From the IMG/VR virus record IMGVR_UViG_3300036832_000931, positions 1-59,264 of that record: a stretch of 59,264 bases of DNA, one strand, 5' to 3'. Position numbers and translations under genes: made by a program. The DNA comes from a virus. Its lineage: Duplodnaviria > Caudoviricetes. Positions 44,297 to 54,834 of the stretch are shown here, piece after piece (within the stretch, counting starts at the first letter, position 1; every line of letters begins with the position of its first letter). Under the pieces are notes generated by a model that worked only from the letters and a program-made list of their open reading frames with translations, was not told the DNA's origin and made no database searches.

Positions 44297-47200
44297 GCCA
44301 CCGCGGTTTCGCCCATGCTTTGCAGTTGTTTCATGCGTTTAGTGAGATTCGCCTGAGTGGTTTTGTTCTTCACTTGCGGCAGTTCTTGTCTGAGGCGCGT
44401 CTGCAATACCTGCATCAGCATCGGCCTTTCTTCAGGTGAGGCCAGTTCCGTTGCCATCATCGCATCGGTCAGCGGCATCCCCGCCAGTACATCGGTGGCT
44501 TTAGGGTCGTTGTGGAATTGAAGGGTCTTCCTGACTTCATCGACCGAGTGACGGCCGCTGGCCAGATCACGCGACACATCGACGGGAGAAGTTGGCTTGC
44601 TGACATTCATCGCGAGCTTCTGCGCCGAGTCGGCAGAGGAGCGGCTGGGAGCGACGTTCTCGGAGCGCATACGATCGGCAGCGCTGACGCCGGGGCCGGG
44701 ACTTGGACTCGGCGTCGGAAATAGGGGGGTCGGCGTTCCCCAAATCTCAGGGTGCCGGTTACCTTTCACCGCCTCTTCGCGGGAACCTGATGTCGCTGAC
44801 GCAGCGTTCACCGAGTATTTCTCAACGGCTCTGCTCAAGCTCGCTCCGCGCTCGTACTCGTCGAGGATTTCCTGATCGACTTGCGTCTTTGCCAAACCCT
44901 CGGCAATGATGCTGCGGCCAATCGCCCTAGTCAGTGCGTTCGGACGGGAGAGATAAGGCGTGGGATTGCGTAGAATGTGTTCAACATCCTGCGCGAGAAT
45001 CGGATCCTTCGCCATCGCTTCACGAAGACCCCTATACATCATTTCACCTGGAACCAGCCCCGTGAACGCACCAAAACCGGTGAGCGCGAAACCGGAAAAC
45101 CGGCTCATCATTGGCATCGCGATATCCACCAGTGCCCAGATCCCCGCTCGATTCTTCCAACGTGTAAAGAACTGCCGCTCTTTATAGCCCCTCTGGAAGT
45201 TCTGGACGGCGGCACCTGATTCGAGAGCTTCCTGCCGCGTCATGGGTTCCGGGCTACCACCACCACCGCCACTAGGGTCCAGCCGCCGTTGAAGATTATC
45301 GCGAGTATCCGGTAACCCTTGTACACCCCCGGGAGGGGCTAACCTCGGCTCTTCTCTCGCCGCCGCAGCTTGTTCACGCGCAGTGGTCTGCTGCGGGTAT
45401 GCTGCCTCCGCTTGCTGTCTGGCTAAATCAGGGTTCTGGATTTCCGGTGGTTGCTGTTTGAGTTGGTTTTCAACGGTATCAGGGATAGGTGGCTGCTGCT
45501 GCAGCGCATGGGTTTGTTCCGCACCCGCGATAAACTCAGATGCCTTTCTGGCAGCCAGTTCCGCATTGCTTCCAACACGCTCTCTGATCAGTACATCAGG
45601 GGGTGCCTCTTCTGCCGAGCGAATCCGGAATTTAAGTTGCCTCTCCAGAGCCGGACCTAATAGATGCGCGTCTCTGCGGGCTAGCTTGACGGTGATGTCG
45701 GCCAATCGGCGATTCCGGTCACCAACGTCTTGCATGACATCGTTCAGAAAGCTCTGCTTCAGTCTGGGATTCGCCTCGATCGCGGCGGCCGCAGCCTTGA
45801 TATTCTTATCGTTACGAATCCAAGAGTCTTTGTTGCGGAGGTCGCTAGTCTCGGGGAATAACTCGTCGAGTATTTTCTGGTCGACATTATTGATCCATTG
45901 CGGACCATTTTCCTTCACATTAGCAGCGATCTGATCGCGCAGTTCCATGCGCGTACCGAAACCATCGTCAGCAGCGAGCTTGGAATGCTGGATCAGTTCG
46001 AGCGCTGCCTGCGGGTGTTGAGTCAGCAGTACGTTTGAGGCATCGACCGGCCGTTCAAACTGGTTCAGCCGTCGCTCGAGCGCAGGGGTGAAGTTGTTGC
46101 GGTGGTTGAAGTACTCCTCGTTGAGCTCCTGCAACCTTTGAAGATTGGCTTCTCCTGCTCGCTCGGGGGGAAGACTATCAACGTGAGCCTTGATGTTATC
46201 GTCAATGCCGTCGTTAATTGCCTCAATCGCTACCTGATTGGTGGGATCTCTCTCCCTGAGGATGAGTCCTTTAGCCTCGCGCTGTACCTTGAGCAGATCA
46301 CGGATACTAGCTGGCGGATGTGCTGCGTGAGCCTGCTCGATCTCCCATCGCGCGGGACTTAAAGCATAACGCCGCTCCAGAATCTTTGCGTGGGCCTGCT
46401 CCGGTGTCTTGGGTTCAAACCTATGCCCCACCATCGAATCGTACTGAGCCTGTTCAGCGGGGTCATATGCCCTAGTGCGGTCAACGGCAGCTTCCTTTTC
46501 GGCTTGTGCAAGGAAATTTCTGACTTCCTGCGGGGATTTACCCTGAGCAGCTAGGACGTCTGCATCAGTCGGCGCAACTAGACTTCTTACCCTGTCGAAA
46601 AAGCCTCTGACCTTAGGATTTACCGGTCGATTCTTCCACTCAGGAGCGATGACGTTACCCTGCTCGTCCCGCTGCTCATTCTGCTCCTCATCCATCTTCC
46701 TGATGAGTGGATCATAATTGGTCGGTCGTTCGTCTTTGATCGTGTCAGGGATGGCTTGATCGCGCTCGCTACGCCAGTTCTCGCGATAAGCCGTTACCGG
46801 CGCTTTCGTGGCACGTCGGAAAATTCGGTCGCGCAGGCTCCGGAGAGGCCCAGACGGCATGGTGTTATCAAAGACCGGTTTGCCCTTCCTGTCCTGATTA
46901 GCCTCATCAACCTCCTGCTGAATAGCGTCTTTGGCTGCCTCCTTGCGATATTTTGTGGCGTGCTTATCCCTGGCCGCCTGCTCATCGGTTTTGATCTGTT
47001 CTTCTTCTGCAGCCGCTGCCTGCCTTTGGGCATGTTCAGCTTCTGCCTTACCGAACGTTACCTTTGCCGCATCTTCTCTCTGCTTATCAAGCGCCGTTTG
47101 CCGTTCGTCCGTTGCTTTCTCGACGAACTTAGTACGTGCCGCCTCGGCTTTGTCCTGTGCTCTTTGTCCGGCTCCTACCGCTTTGTCCTGTTGTGATTCA

Positions 47201-47991
47201 GTTTCTCGTCGCGCCGCCTCATCGGCACTTTGAGTCGCTTTGGTGAAGCGGTCACGGGCTTTCGCTGAAGCTGCCTCCATCTCAGGCCTCAAGGTGCCTT
47301 CGCCACCAAACATACTTTCAGCTTTCGGGACGCCATAGGCTTCGATTCCCATTGGCACACCCAAACCCGCCACCAAGCCTGCCCCTTCAGCAACCATTGG
47401 ATGATTCGGGAATAGCGCGTGAGCCCCTTCCTGAGCTAGTTGCGAACCCTTTACAGAGGCGACCACTGAGCCCGCACCAAGAGCTTTCTGCGCGATCTTG
47501 GGTCCGGCCTTTTCGACTGCCTGCAGTGTGCCTTCATGTCGTAAACCAAGGTTTTCCAACCATCGGCGGGCAGTGGGACCAGTCATAGCTTCCAACACTG
47601 ACTTGGCAGCTGGTTTTACCACTGCCTCTCCTGCTTCTCCTAACTCCCCTACCTCTCCACCGGGAATCAGTAACGAGGCTAAGGCCGTGTAATAGGGATG
47701 CCGATCCATCCAGTCGGTGACTTTCTTGCCCTGCCGATTCACATAATCGTAGGCTGTGCCCACGGGCGAATTGCGGACAGCATTGAACTGAAACGGGTCC
47801 ACGTTCATTAAGTACGCGAGCGGTGCCGGTATAAACTGGTCCTGCGTCTGATGCTTAAACTCGGCTTCTTCCGGAGCAGTGAACCCTGATCGCGGCGGTT
47901 TTGCTGCTGGTTTCACCGCTGTTTCGCGGGAACCTGAATCACTCGCCGGCGGAGCATAAGGGACGGCGTCATCGGGTACTGGAATTGGCAT
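44293..47991 (-). CDS. Large internal virion/DNA ejection protein
   Basis: 1232 aa, helical and A/E/R/Q-rich; last gene of the ejection-like cluster. Confidence 0.6.
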   Translation of the reverse strand: MPIPVPDDAVPYAPPASDSGSRETAVKPAAKPPRSGFTAPEEAEFKHQTQDQFIPAPLAYLMNVDPFQFNAVRNSPVGTAYDYVNRQGKKVTDWMDRHPYYTALASLLIPGGEVGELGEAGEAVVKPAAKSVLEAMTGPTARRWLENLGLRHEGTLQAVEKAGPKIAQKALGAGSVVASVKGSQLAQEGAHALFPNHPMVAEGAGLVAGLGVPMGIEAYGVPKAESMFGGEGTLRPEMEAASAKARDRFTKATQSADEAARRETESQQDKAVGAGQRAQDKAEAARTKFVEKATDERQTALDKQREDAAKVTFGKAEAEHAQRQAAAAEEEQIKTDEQAARDKHATKYRKEAAKDAIQQEVDEANQDRKGKPVFDNTMPSGPLRSLRDRIFRRATKAPVTAYRENWRSERDQAIPDTIKDERPTNYDPLIRKMDEEQNEQRDEQGNVIAPEWKNRPVNPKVRGFFDRVRSLVAPTDADVLAAQGKSPQEVRNFLAQAEKEAAVDRTRAYDPAEQAQYDSMVGHRFEPKTPEQAHAKILERRYALSPARWEIEQAHAAHPPASIRDLLKVQREAKGLILRERDPTNQVAIEAINDGIDDNIKAHVDSLPPERAGEANLQRLQELNEEYFNHRNNFTPALERRLNQFERPVDASNVLLTQHPQAALELIQHSKLAADDGFGTRMELRDQIAANVKENGPQWINNVDQKILDELFPETSDLRNKDSWIRNDKNIKAAAAAIEANPRLKQSFLNDVMQDVGDRNRRLADITVKLARRDAHLLGPALERQLKFRIRSAEEAPPDVLIRERVGSNAELAARKASEFIAGAEQTHALQQQPPIPDTVENQLKQQPPEIQNPDLARQQAEAAYPQQTTAREQAAAAREEPRLAPPGGVQGLPDTRDNLQRRLDPSGGGGGSPEPMTRQEALESGAAVQNFQRGYKERQFFTRWKNRAGIWALVDIAMPMMSRFSGFALTGFGAFTGLVPGEMMYRGLREAMAKDPILAQDVEHILRNPTPYLSRPNALTRAIGRSIIAEGLAKTQVDQEILDEYERGASLSRAVEKYSVNAASATSGSREEAVKGNRHPEIWGTPTPLFPTPSPSPGPGVSAADRMRSENVAPSRSSADSAQKLAMNVSKPTSPVDVSRDLASGRHSVDEVRKTLQFHNDPKATDVLAGMPLTDAMMATELASPEERPMLMQVLQTRLRQELPQVKNKTTQANLTKRMKQLQSMGETAVA

Positions 47992-50816
47992 CAGCCTGCT
48001 GCCTCCGAACCGGTGCGCTCTGAATCAAGATGCATGACTCCGCCCTTGACCCATCCGCTGCCTTTGGTGGGGCTGTGTACATATGTCCACCCGCCAGCAT
48101 TATCCGGTGGCTCCGGTGTACCGGGAGGATGCGGTGGCCCTGCTGCTGCCGCTTTGGGTGGTGGTATGTGGATGTTTAGGCCCGGATTGTCATACCCTTG
48201 GCCGTTGTTAAGAGCATCAGCCATCTTGTTGGCCTCATTCAACGGCATGTTGTACTGCTGTCGGTGACCGGGAGGTCCGACAAGTACAGTTCGCCTTGGC
48301 CCGCCGGGAAGATACCTCTCCGCGAATCCAGGCGTGGTCGGCGATAGCACAGTTACGTTCGGTGCTACTTGAACGGGGAGAACTCCACTTGAGGGTTTGC
48401 TTTGCTGGATCTGCTGTCCCGCTTTTCTATCGATAGACTCCTGAATCTGTGCCGGTGTGGCTATCGTGTATGGATAAGGCGGATTGAAGTTCTCACCGGG
48501 CTTTATCCAAATCCCATGTGAATCACTCGAATCGTCCTTATTGGTGACGATAAGGTGCGTCCAGCCTTTGTACCCGGCTGCCTCTGCTTGTGCGTTACGT
48601 TCCTTGGTCTCAGCTTCCAGTGCTGCTTTCCGTGTGGGTACAAGTCCTGTGTTCGCTTGGTTGAGGGCTGCGGCAGACGTATTCCTCGCTGCTATTGTCG
48701 GCTGGACTCCAGCCTCTGCCCCGGCGAGCGTGCCCTGCTGTTTGTGCATCCAGTTGGTTACGAGGTCATTCCGGCTGTTGCGGAAATACTCCATCTGATC
48801 CTTAACCGGCATATCTGACAGAGCTGCGGCATAGAGGCCACTCGCCAACTCTCGCTGTTCCGGTGTTGCATCGGGATTTTGCGATATCGGAGCCCAGACA
48901 TCAGTGGCCATCCGCCTGCCAGCGGTAATCTCCTGCGCCTGCTGCTGATGTAATCCCGCCTCCGCGTAGGACGCTTGGGTCTGAGCTCGCTTCAGCGGCA
49001 GGTCGGCGAGTGACTCATATGCCTTGAGTTCCTCATCGGTCAGCTTTGCCTGCTGTGCTTCCGCCTCACTAAAGCCCTTCAATCCGGTCAGCCCACCGAT
49101 GCCAAGTCTACCCATCGGGCTGGTGTGCTTGGGTGCCGAGATCCCGCCAAAGTAGGCACTCAGCGCACCCTGCATGAGCGGGTTGTTGAGGAAGTTACTG
49201 ATCTTGTCGAGTGTCGGGAAACCGCTCGAGTGCGACCCGAAGCTCTGAGAAATTAAGTCTTCGAGATGCTGCTCATACGGATCCTGACTGCCGCCAGCAC
49301 CCGCACCGTCAATGGGAGCCGCGCTGGGATCCTGAACGTTATGCATCTGCATGACGTGTTGAAGGAGATTCGTGTTGCTCGTTGTATCGGGAGCACCTGC
49401 TGCTGGTGCTGCACCAGACGCTGGAGCGGCTCCTGCTGCCGGTGGAGCAGATGGATCTGCCGCAACCGGTGCTGCCGGGTCTGTTGCCGCAGGCGCAGCG
49501 GAAGTAGCTGTCGTAGCGTTTACACCGCTATTAACGCGGGAACCTGTTGCTGAAGGATCTGCTGGCGCTACTGCCGCTGCGGGTGCTGCTGCAGTAGCCG
49601 GTGCGCCACCTGCGGGTGGTGCGGTACCACCGCCGCCATCGGTAGGCGGACGTAGTTTCTCACCTCGCGCGATCGCGTTCCGCAGCCGGTCGTTGTAGGG
49701 AACCCAGGGTTTCAGTCCCTGTTCCTTGTACATCGCGTGTGCGACTCGTGTCTGATCTTCAGGACTCGCATCCATTGCATTTTTTGCGAGCTGCCCCGGA
49801 TTAGTCCGCGACTGGATGTTCATCCCCTTCGAGTAGTGATTCCAGTTGCTGTCGGTGATCTGGAACAGTCCACCCGCGGTGCGGCCTTTAGCCCCATAGA
49901 GATAATTCGGCACATAGGGACGGAAGTCGCTCTCGTAATAAGCGGCCAAGCCGAGGTCGTTGTATGCCTTATCGGACATACCCGGAAGCCGCGGGATCGC
50001 ACCGATTGGACCGAGACCGCCGCTGCCTGATGGTGGTGTAGATGCCGCAGGAGCTGGAGTAGCACCGCTATCAGGAGCAGGAGCTGCCGCTGCAGCTGCA
50101 GCATCTGCAGGTACCTTTCGTCTCACTGCTGGTGACGCAGGAGCCTTGCCTGCCACAACCTTCATATCATCGGGGGTGAGAGTCGATGGCAGTCCGGGCA
50201 TCAATTCCGCCGGTATTGCCGATGGTGTACCACCGTCCACGCGACCCGAGATCGCAGACAGCTTTGCCGCTGCTGGATCAGTTGCACCACCACCAGCTGC
50301 CGCGGCCATCGCGGACAATCCAGGCATGTCATAATTTGCACCGGGATCATCGGTTGGCATACGATTCGCCAGCGCCGCCAACTGCGGCATGTTGTAGCCA
50401 GCGCCGGGAGTCAGATCTGCCCCTGCCGTTGAGCCGCTGACATCGTTTGCCGTTGCCGCCATCGCCGGTATGTCGTAATTAGCGCCGGTGTTTACACCGC
50501 CATTACGCGGGAACCCTTTTGTTGCAGGTTTGGACGATTTCATGCGATTAGCGATCACCGCCAATTTGCGCATGTCCAAATTCGCGCCCGGAGTAGGGGG
50601 AGTTGGAGGAGCCACCGCATCGCCCGCGGTGTCTGCGTTCGCTGCACTCAGATCGACTTTCGCACCTGCTGGATTAAACGCGCTAGTTGCTCCACCACCA
50701 CCTAAAGCCCTAGCCGGTGGAGTCAATGGCGACGGCGTCAGTCGAGAGAGCGGGGAGCCTTGGTTATAGCCCTGAATCGCATTGAAGATCGCAGCGAGCT
50801 CGTCGGTGATTGCCAT
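47991..50816 (-). CDS. Internal virion protein with lysozyme-like transglycosylase domain
   Basis: YESDF...AGGLFQITDSNW...A..ASPEDQ.RVA..MY..QGLKPW inside A/P-rich low-complexity sequence. Confidence 0.7.
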   Translation of the reverse strand: MAITDELAAIFNAIQGYNQGSPLSRLTPSPLTPPARALGGGGATSAFNPAGAKVDLSAANADTAGDAVAPPTPPTPGANLDMRKLAVIANRMKSSKPATKGFPRNGGVNTGANYDIPAMAATANDVSGSTAGADLTPGAGYNMPQLAALANRMPTDDPGANYDMPGLSAMAAAAGGGATDPAAAKLSAISGRVDGGTPSAIPAELMPGLPSTLTPDDMKVVAGKAPASPAVRRKVPADAAAAAAAPAPDSGATPAPAASTPPSGSGGLGPIGAIPRLPGMSDKAYNDLGLAAYYESDFRPYVPNYLYGAKGRTAGGLFQITDSNWNHYSKGMNIQSRTNPGQLAKNAMDASPEDQTRVAHAMYKEQGLKPWVPYNDRLRNAIARGEKLRPPTDGGGGTAPPAGGAPATAAAPAAAVAPADPSATGSRVNSGVNATTATSAAPAATDPAAPVAADPSAPPAAGAAPASGAAPAAGAPDTTSNTNLLQHVMQMHNVQDPSAAPIDGAGAGGSQDPYEQHLEDLISQSFGSHSSGFPTLDKISNFLNNPLMQGALSAYFGGISAPKHTSPMGRLGIGGLTGLKGFSEAEAQQAKLTDEELKAYESLADLPLKRAQTQASYAEAGLHQQQAQEITAGRRMATDVWAPISQNPDATPEQRELASGLYAAALSDMPVKDQMEYFRNSRNDLVTNWMHKQQGTLAGAEAGVQPTIAARNTSAAALNQANTGLVPTRKAALEAETKERNAQAEAAGYKGWTHLIVTNKDDSSDSHGIWIKPGENFNPPYPYTIATPAQIQESIDRKAGQQIQQSKPSSGVLPVQVAPNVTVLSPTTPGFAERYLPGGPRRTVLVGPPGHRQQYNMPLNEANKMADALNNGQGYDNPGLNIHIPPPKAAAAGPPHPPGTPEPPDNAGGWTYVHSPTKGSGWVKGGVMHLDSERTGSEAAG

Positions 50817-50823
50817 TATTTGC

Positions 50824-51717
50824 CTATGCGAACTGACGGGTGTTGCTGCCCATCATCAGCGCGAGCAGTTGCGCCAGTGCCGGATTCTGACCGCCGCCTC
50901 CTCCCGCACTGATGCCAGCCGCGGTCGGCATATTACCTCCACCTTGATTAGCCATCACTCCGGCAGCACCGGGTAGTTGCTGTGCCGGAGGAGTCTGCAG
51001 AGGAGCTACCGGCTTGGGAGTCATCTGCTGAGGTGGTGCAGCCGGTGGTGGTGTCGGCTGCGTGTTCTGCTGCTGACCCTGTCCGCCACCCATCACAGCT
51101 TTTGCCGCTTGTTGTGCCGCTGGTGACTGCATCACCTGACCAGTAGGTGACTGGAGAAAACTATTGAGTTTCCCCATGATCCCTCCACTGCCGGGAGCGG
51201 CTCCCTGCTCTGTTGATGCTCCAGTAACCTGATTCTGCAGTGAGCTCAGGAGCGGGTTGCTGCCCAAGGCCGAATTGATGTCACCCATTCCCGGCGCGCC
51301 ACCGGTTCCAGGTGTTGCCAAGTTTGGAGTCGGCCCGGGAGTACCGGCACCTACTTTCCCACTGAACATGTTGCCGATCCCACTGGCCATGCTGCCCAAT
51401 CCGCTACTAGCCATTCCCGGTAGATTACTCAGACCACTCAGCCCGAGGCTGCCTGTCAGGCCACCGCCGCTGGTCATACCTGCGGTACCACCGGCACCGA
51501 GGGCTGATAGACCCTCTGCACCGCCACCGGCCAGCCCACCGACCATGCTGCCCATGTTGGCTCCGGACTGACCGCCCGCCCCTTGTCCCGCCATCTGCCC
51601 AACCCCGGACATCATCAGGGGAACCCCGATTTCAGGTGCGCCGAAAGCGGTGGCCGCAGCGCCACCGACCGTCTTCAGACCCCCGAAGATGTAATTATTT
51701 GAGCCGCCACCACTCAT
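50824..51717 (-). CDS. Gly-rich internal virion/ejection protein
   Basis: G/A/M/S-rich; MSGGGS start. Confidence 0.6.
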   Translation of the reverse strand: MSGGGSNNYIFGGLKTVGGAAATAFGAPEIGVPLMMSGVGQMAGQGAGGQSGANMGSMVGGLAGGGAEGLSALGAGGTAGMTSGGGLTGSLGLSGLSNLPGMASSGLGSMASGIGNMFSGKVGAGTPGPTPNLATPGTGGAPGMGDINSALGSNPLLSSLQNQVTGASTEQGAAPGSGGIMGKLNSFLQSPTGQVMQSPAAQQAAKAVMGGGQGQQQNTQPTPPPAAPPQQMTPKPVAPLQTPPAQQLPGAAGVMANQGGGNMPTAAGISAGGGGGQNPALAQLLALMMGSNTRQFA

Positions 51718-51759
51718 ATTAATTTACTGCTTTCAGTTTCACTGCAATTACGCAGGAAC

Positions 51760-52530
51760 CTAGTTTTGCCGCGCGGCTATCCGGTCTTGCCGCGCCTGTT
51801 GTCTCGCTGCTACTTTCTCTTGTCGCGCTTCTTTTCGCGCTGCTACCTTCTCTTGCCTTTGCTCTTGCCTTGCCTGTCTCAGTTCTTGGCGTAGCTCCTT
51901 CGGGGTCTGCTGAGTTGTCGGGCCACCCTGAACGGGAGCAGGCGGGGGTGCAGGAGCCGGTGGTGGAGGTGCAGCGGCAGTTCCGGCAGCTCCTGGCGAA
52001 AACATCCCACCGAAGCTGCTGGGACTAGGGGTACCAGCATTCATACCCCCGCCCATTACGGGATTGGCAGGATTAGGATTCGTCGTCAGACCGCTGGTGA
52101 AGCCTCCCAGCGGATTTGACCCACCATAAAGACCGGCTAATTGAGATGCCGCAGCCGGTGACGTTGCACCGGCAAACGCCGCAGGATTCTGCGCTGCCAT
52201 GTTTTGCAGAAAGGGACTACCCGAGATCATCGGGGAGAACAGCGAATAGGCACTCCCGCTAGGATCGATCTGCTGGAGCATCGAGGCTGCGGCCTGCCCG
52301 CCACCTCCGCCGGCTCCACCACCAGTCGTGGTGACACCGGTATTGGCACCACCGGTCGGAAAGCTTTCGCCCGGTGTGTTGAACCAACTGGACGGGACGG
52401 TGCTGCCGGGAAAGACATAGCCCATCAGGGAGGAGAGATAAGCCTTGGCCGGCTCACGCTCCCACTGCGGCAGCTTTTGGTTGCTCTGCGTGGTGGTCTG
52501 TTGTGACCCGCTACCGCCGCCTCCGCTCAT
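51760..52530 (-). CDS. Gly-rich internal virion/ejection protein
   Basis: MSGGGGSGSQQTTTQ...LP.W..P...YL; basic C-terminal ARQE repeats. Confidence 0.6.
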   Translation of the reverse strand: MSGGGGSGSQQTTTQSNQKLPQWEREPAKAYLSSLMGYVFPGSTVPSSWFNTPGESFPTGGANTGVTTTGGGAGGGGGQAAASMLQQIDPSGSAYSLFSPMISGSPFLQNMAAQNPAAFAGATSPAAASQLAGLYGGSNPLGGFTSGLTTNPNPANPVMGGGMNAGTPSPSSFGGMFSPGAAGTAAAPPPPAPAPPPAPVQGGPTTQQTPKELRQELRQARQEQRQEKVAARKEARQEKVAARQQARQDRIAARQN

Positions 52531-52588
52531 AGTTCGCTCTCCTTATGATCACGATATATTCAGTTTCACCGCCAGTACGCGGGAACCT

Positions 52589-53701
52589 TTATTTACCTGC
52601 CGCGGACGAGGGTGAGGTACCAACCTGCACGCTCGTACCACCACCGCCTGACGCGGTACTCAAGCCTTGTCCCAGATCACTGAGAGCTTGTAGTGGCCAG
52701 TTCGCCTGCCCAGTCAGATTCTGATACGCCGTGTTGAGGACGTTCTGCGCCTGCTGTTGGCCTGTAGCACCAGATTGCATGAGTTGTTGCGGAACCTGAT
52801 ACATCGCGTTGGTCAGTTGCGGAGCCATCTGACCGGCATTCTGCGCCGCCTGTAGCTGCTGACCGTAGATGTTGCCAGCCTCCTGCATGCCCTGGCCGTA
52901 CAGGCTTGTAGCATTCCCCATCCCTTGCCCTAACAAGCTGGCGGCAGTACCGAGACCTTGCCCGTACATGTTCGCCGCGGTGTTCATGCCCTGCCCCAAC
53001 ATGCCGGTAGTTGCGCTCAGATTTTGCGCATAAGCAGGCTCATAAATGCCCGCCGCGAGATTACCTAGGCCCTGACTGAGTGCGTTCTCGGCATTGCCGT
53101 AAGCCTGCGCCTGACCTGCGCTGCCGAGCGTACCGGTCTGCGCAGCGTTCTGGAGGATACCGGGAGCAACCGTTTGCTGGAATTGCTGGGTGAGCGGCTG
53201 TGCCGCAGCATTGAAGTATTGTTGCAGGTACTGATTGTCCGATGGGTTCATCAACCCACCGCCCATGATGTTGGAAGCCATACCCGCACCTGCCTGCTGG
53301 TACTGGTTGGCTAGGGCGTTTTCATTACCGAGCTGTCCGACCGCATTACCGGTAATCGCGTTCTGATTACCAAGTTGGCCGATCGCGTTATTCATCAGCG
53401 CGTTCTGCCCACCCAGATTACCAACGGCATTACCGGCGATGGTGTTTTGCCCGCCGATCGCGTTGCCGGCGTTGGCACCGATCATCTGCTGCTGATTGGC
53501 GGCATTGCCGAGGAAGTTCTGCGCCCAGGGGGTTATCTGGGAGACGAGGTCCATGCCCTGCTGCTGCTGCTGTGTCAGCGGAGCTATTTGTTGGTAGGGA
53601 GTCATCTCCATACCGACTTGGGGAGGAGCAACGCCGCCACTGCCTATCGATCCACCGGCCTGATTAGCTGACACGGTTACCCCGCAAGTTGGTAGTTTCA
53701 C
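52589..53701 (-). CDS. Gln/Gly/Asn-rich DNA ejection (pilot-like) protein; true start likely slightly downstream
   Basis: PYQQIAPLT..QQ.G...NQYL...; G/N/Q/A repeats typical of podovirus ejection proteins. Confidence 0.6.
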   Translation of the reverse strand: MKLPTCGVTVSANQAGGSIGSGGVAPPQVGMEMTPYQQIAPLTQQQQQGMDLVSQITPWAQNFLGNAANQQQMIGANAGNAIGGQNTIAGNAVGNLGGQNALMNNAIGQLGNQNAITGNAVGQLGNENALANQYQQAGAGMASNIMGGGLMNPSDNQYLQQYFNAAAQPLTQQFQQTVAPGILQNAAQTGTLGSAGQAQAYGNAENALSQGLGNLAAGIYEPAYAQNLSATTGMLGQGMNTAANMYGQGLGTAASLLGQGMGNATSLYGQGMQEAGNIYGQQLQAAQNAGQMAPQLTNAMYQVPQQLMQSGATGQQQAQNVLNTAYQNLTGQANWPLQALSDLGQGLSTASGGGGTSVQVGTSPSSAAGK

Positions 53702-53723
53702 CGCTCATACGCGGGAACCTTGT

Positions 53724-54182
53724 TTATACTTTCGCTGTTATCGTCACCCAGGTCGCCGACCAGCCAAATTTACGAGCGAAGGCTTTTGCGCGACGCGGGC
53801 GCGTAACCCACGTAATCTCACTAGTTCCGTAGACTGTTTTAGCGATATTAGCAATATGGTTCCATACACTAGCTACCACCGCCGGCATATGGTCGTCTGG
53901 TAGCCACTCTCGCATCGGGATGTTCCAGGCACACCAGACAAACAACTCTGGCTCATAGTTAAAGATGCGTTGCTGCTTGGAATAGACTAGGAAACCCAAC
54001 ATACGCTCGTCGCGACGAGCCATGACACAGTTAACCTGTGCCCCTTTCATCGCTGCATAAAGGTCTTCCGGGAGCCAGTTGGGTTGCATGTCGCGCTTTA
54101 CATCGAGCATCCCACGCAACAAAAAGGGCCAGAAGTGGTGGAGCTCCTCTGGCTTTAACTCGATTAATTCAGTTCGCGACAC
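53724..54182 (-). CDS. Hypothetical protein (possible GNAT-like fold)
   Basis: W.PEDLY......GFLV......LFVW.AW; upstream of the ejection genes. Confidence 0.55.
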   Translation of the reverse strand: MSRTELIELKPEELHHFWPFLLRGMLDVKRDMQPNWLPEDLYAAMKGAQVNCVMARRDERMLGFLVYSKQQRIFNYEPELFVWCAWNIPMREWLPDDHMPAVVASVWNHIANIAKTVYGTSEITWVTRPRRAKAFARKFGWSATWVTITAKV

Positions 54183-54807
54183 CGCTGTTCGATAGCTTGC
54201 TCAAGACGTACGACTGCGGGTCGGTGTTTTTACTCGGCGTCTTCAGATAATCGTTGATCTGCTGCATCAACTTCATTTGTTCAGGGGTGTATCCACCTTT
54301 GTTCCCCTTCGTCCAATCTGAGGTCTTGAACATGCCGCCACCGCGGATGTACTCCTGAGCCTGCACCTGCCGCAGAAAACGATCGTAACTCCTCATATTA
54401 CTGTGCGGCGATAAGTCGTAGGGCTGAGGCTGATCTGCCGCCATCGATTCCGCCAAACCTTTTACATAAACCTGCCGTGCGCTGGCGTGCTGTTCCGGCG
54501 TCATCGACTTGATGAACTGCTCCGTGAAGCCCTGATACGTGGGATCGGTGGCTTGCAGCCAATGGAGCGACTCGAGACCGAGCGTTTCCGGCCAGCTCGA
54601 AGGATCGGTCAGGGGTTTGTTGCCCCGCAATTGAACGTGCCAGTTATCAGGTGTCGGATTGCCCTCCTCGCCAGGAGGGTATGTTTCGCTCCAGTCCTTG
54701 CCCGTCCCTTTGCTCATCTTCACGTCCCAGTTTGCGAGCCGGGGCCACTGCTGCTTAGCCTGGGCTATAGCTGCATCAAACGCACCCTGATCGTTTTCAT
54801 CGTTCAT
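54169..54807 (-). CDS. Hypothetical protein
   Basis: ORF starting just after repeat copy 54810-54834. Confidence 0.55.
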   Translation of the reverse strand: MNDENDQGAFDAAIAQAKQQWPRLANWDVKMSKGTGKDWSETYPPGEEGNPTPDNWHVQLRGNKPLTDPSSWPETLGLESLHWLQATDPTYQGFTEQFIKSMTPEQHASARQVYVKGLAESMAADQPQPYDLSPHSNMRSYDRFLRQVQAQEYIRGGGMFKTSDWTKGNKGGYTPEQMKLMQQINDYLKTPSKNTDPQSYVLSKLSNSGVAN

Positions 54808-54834
54808 AAGTTTCACTGCCGATACGCAGGAACC

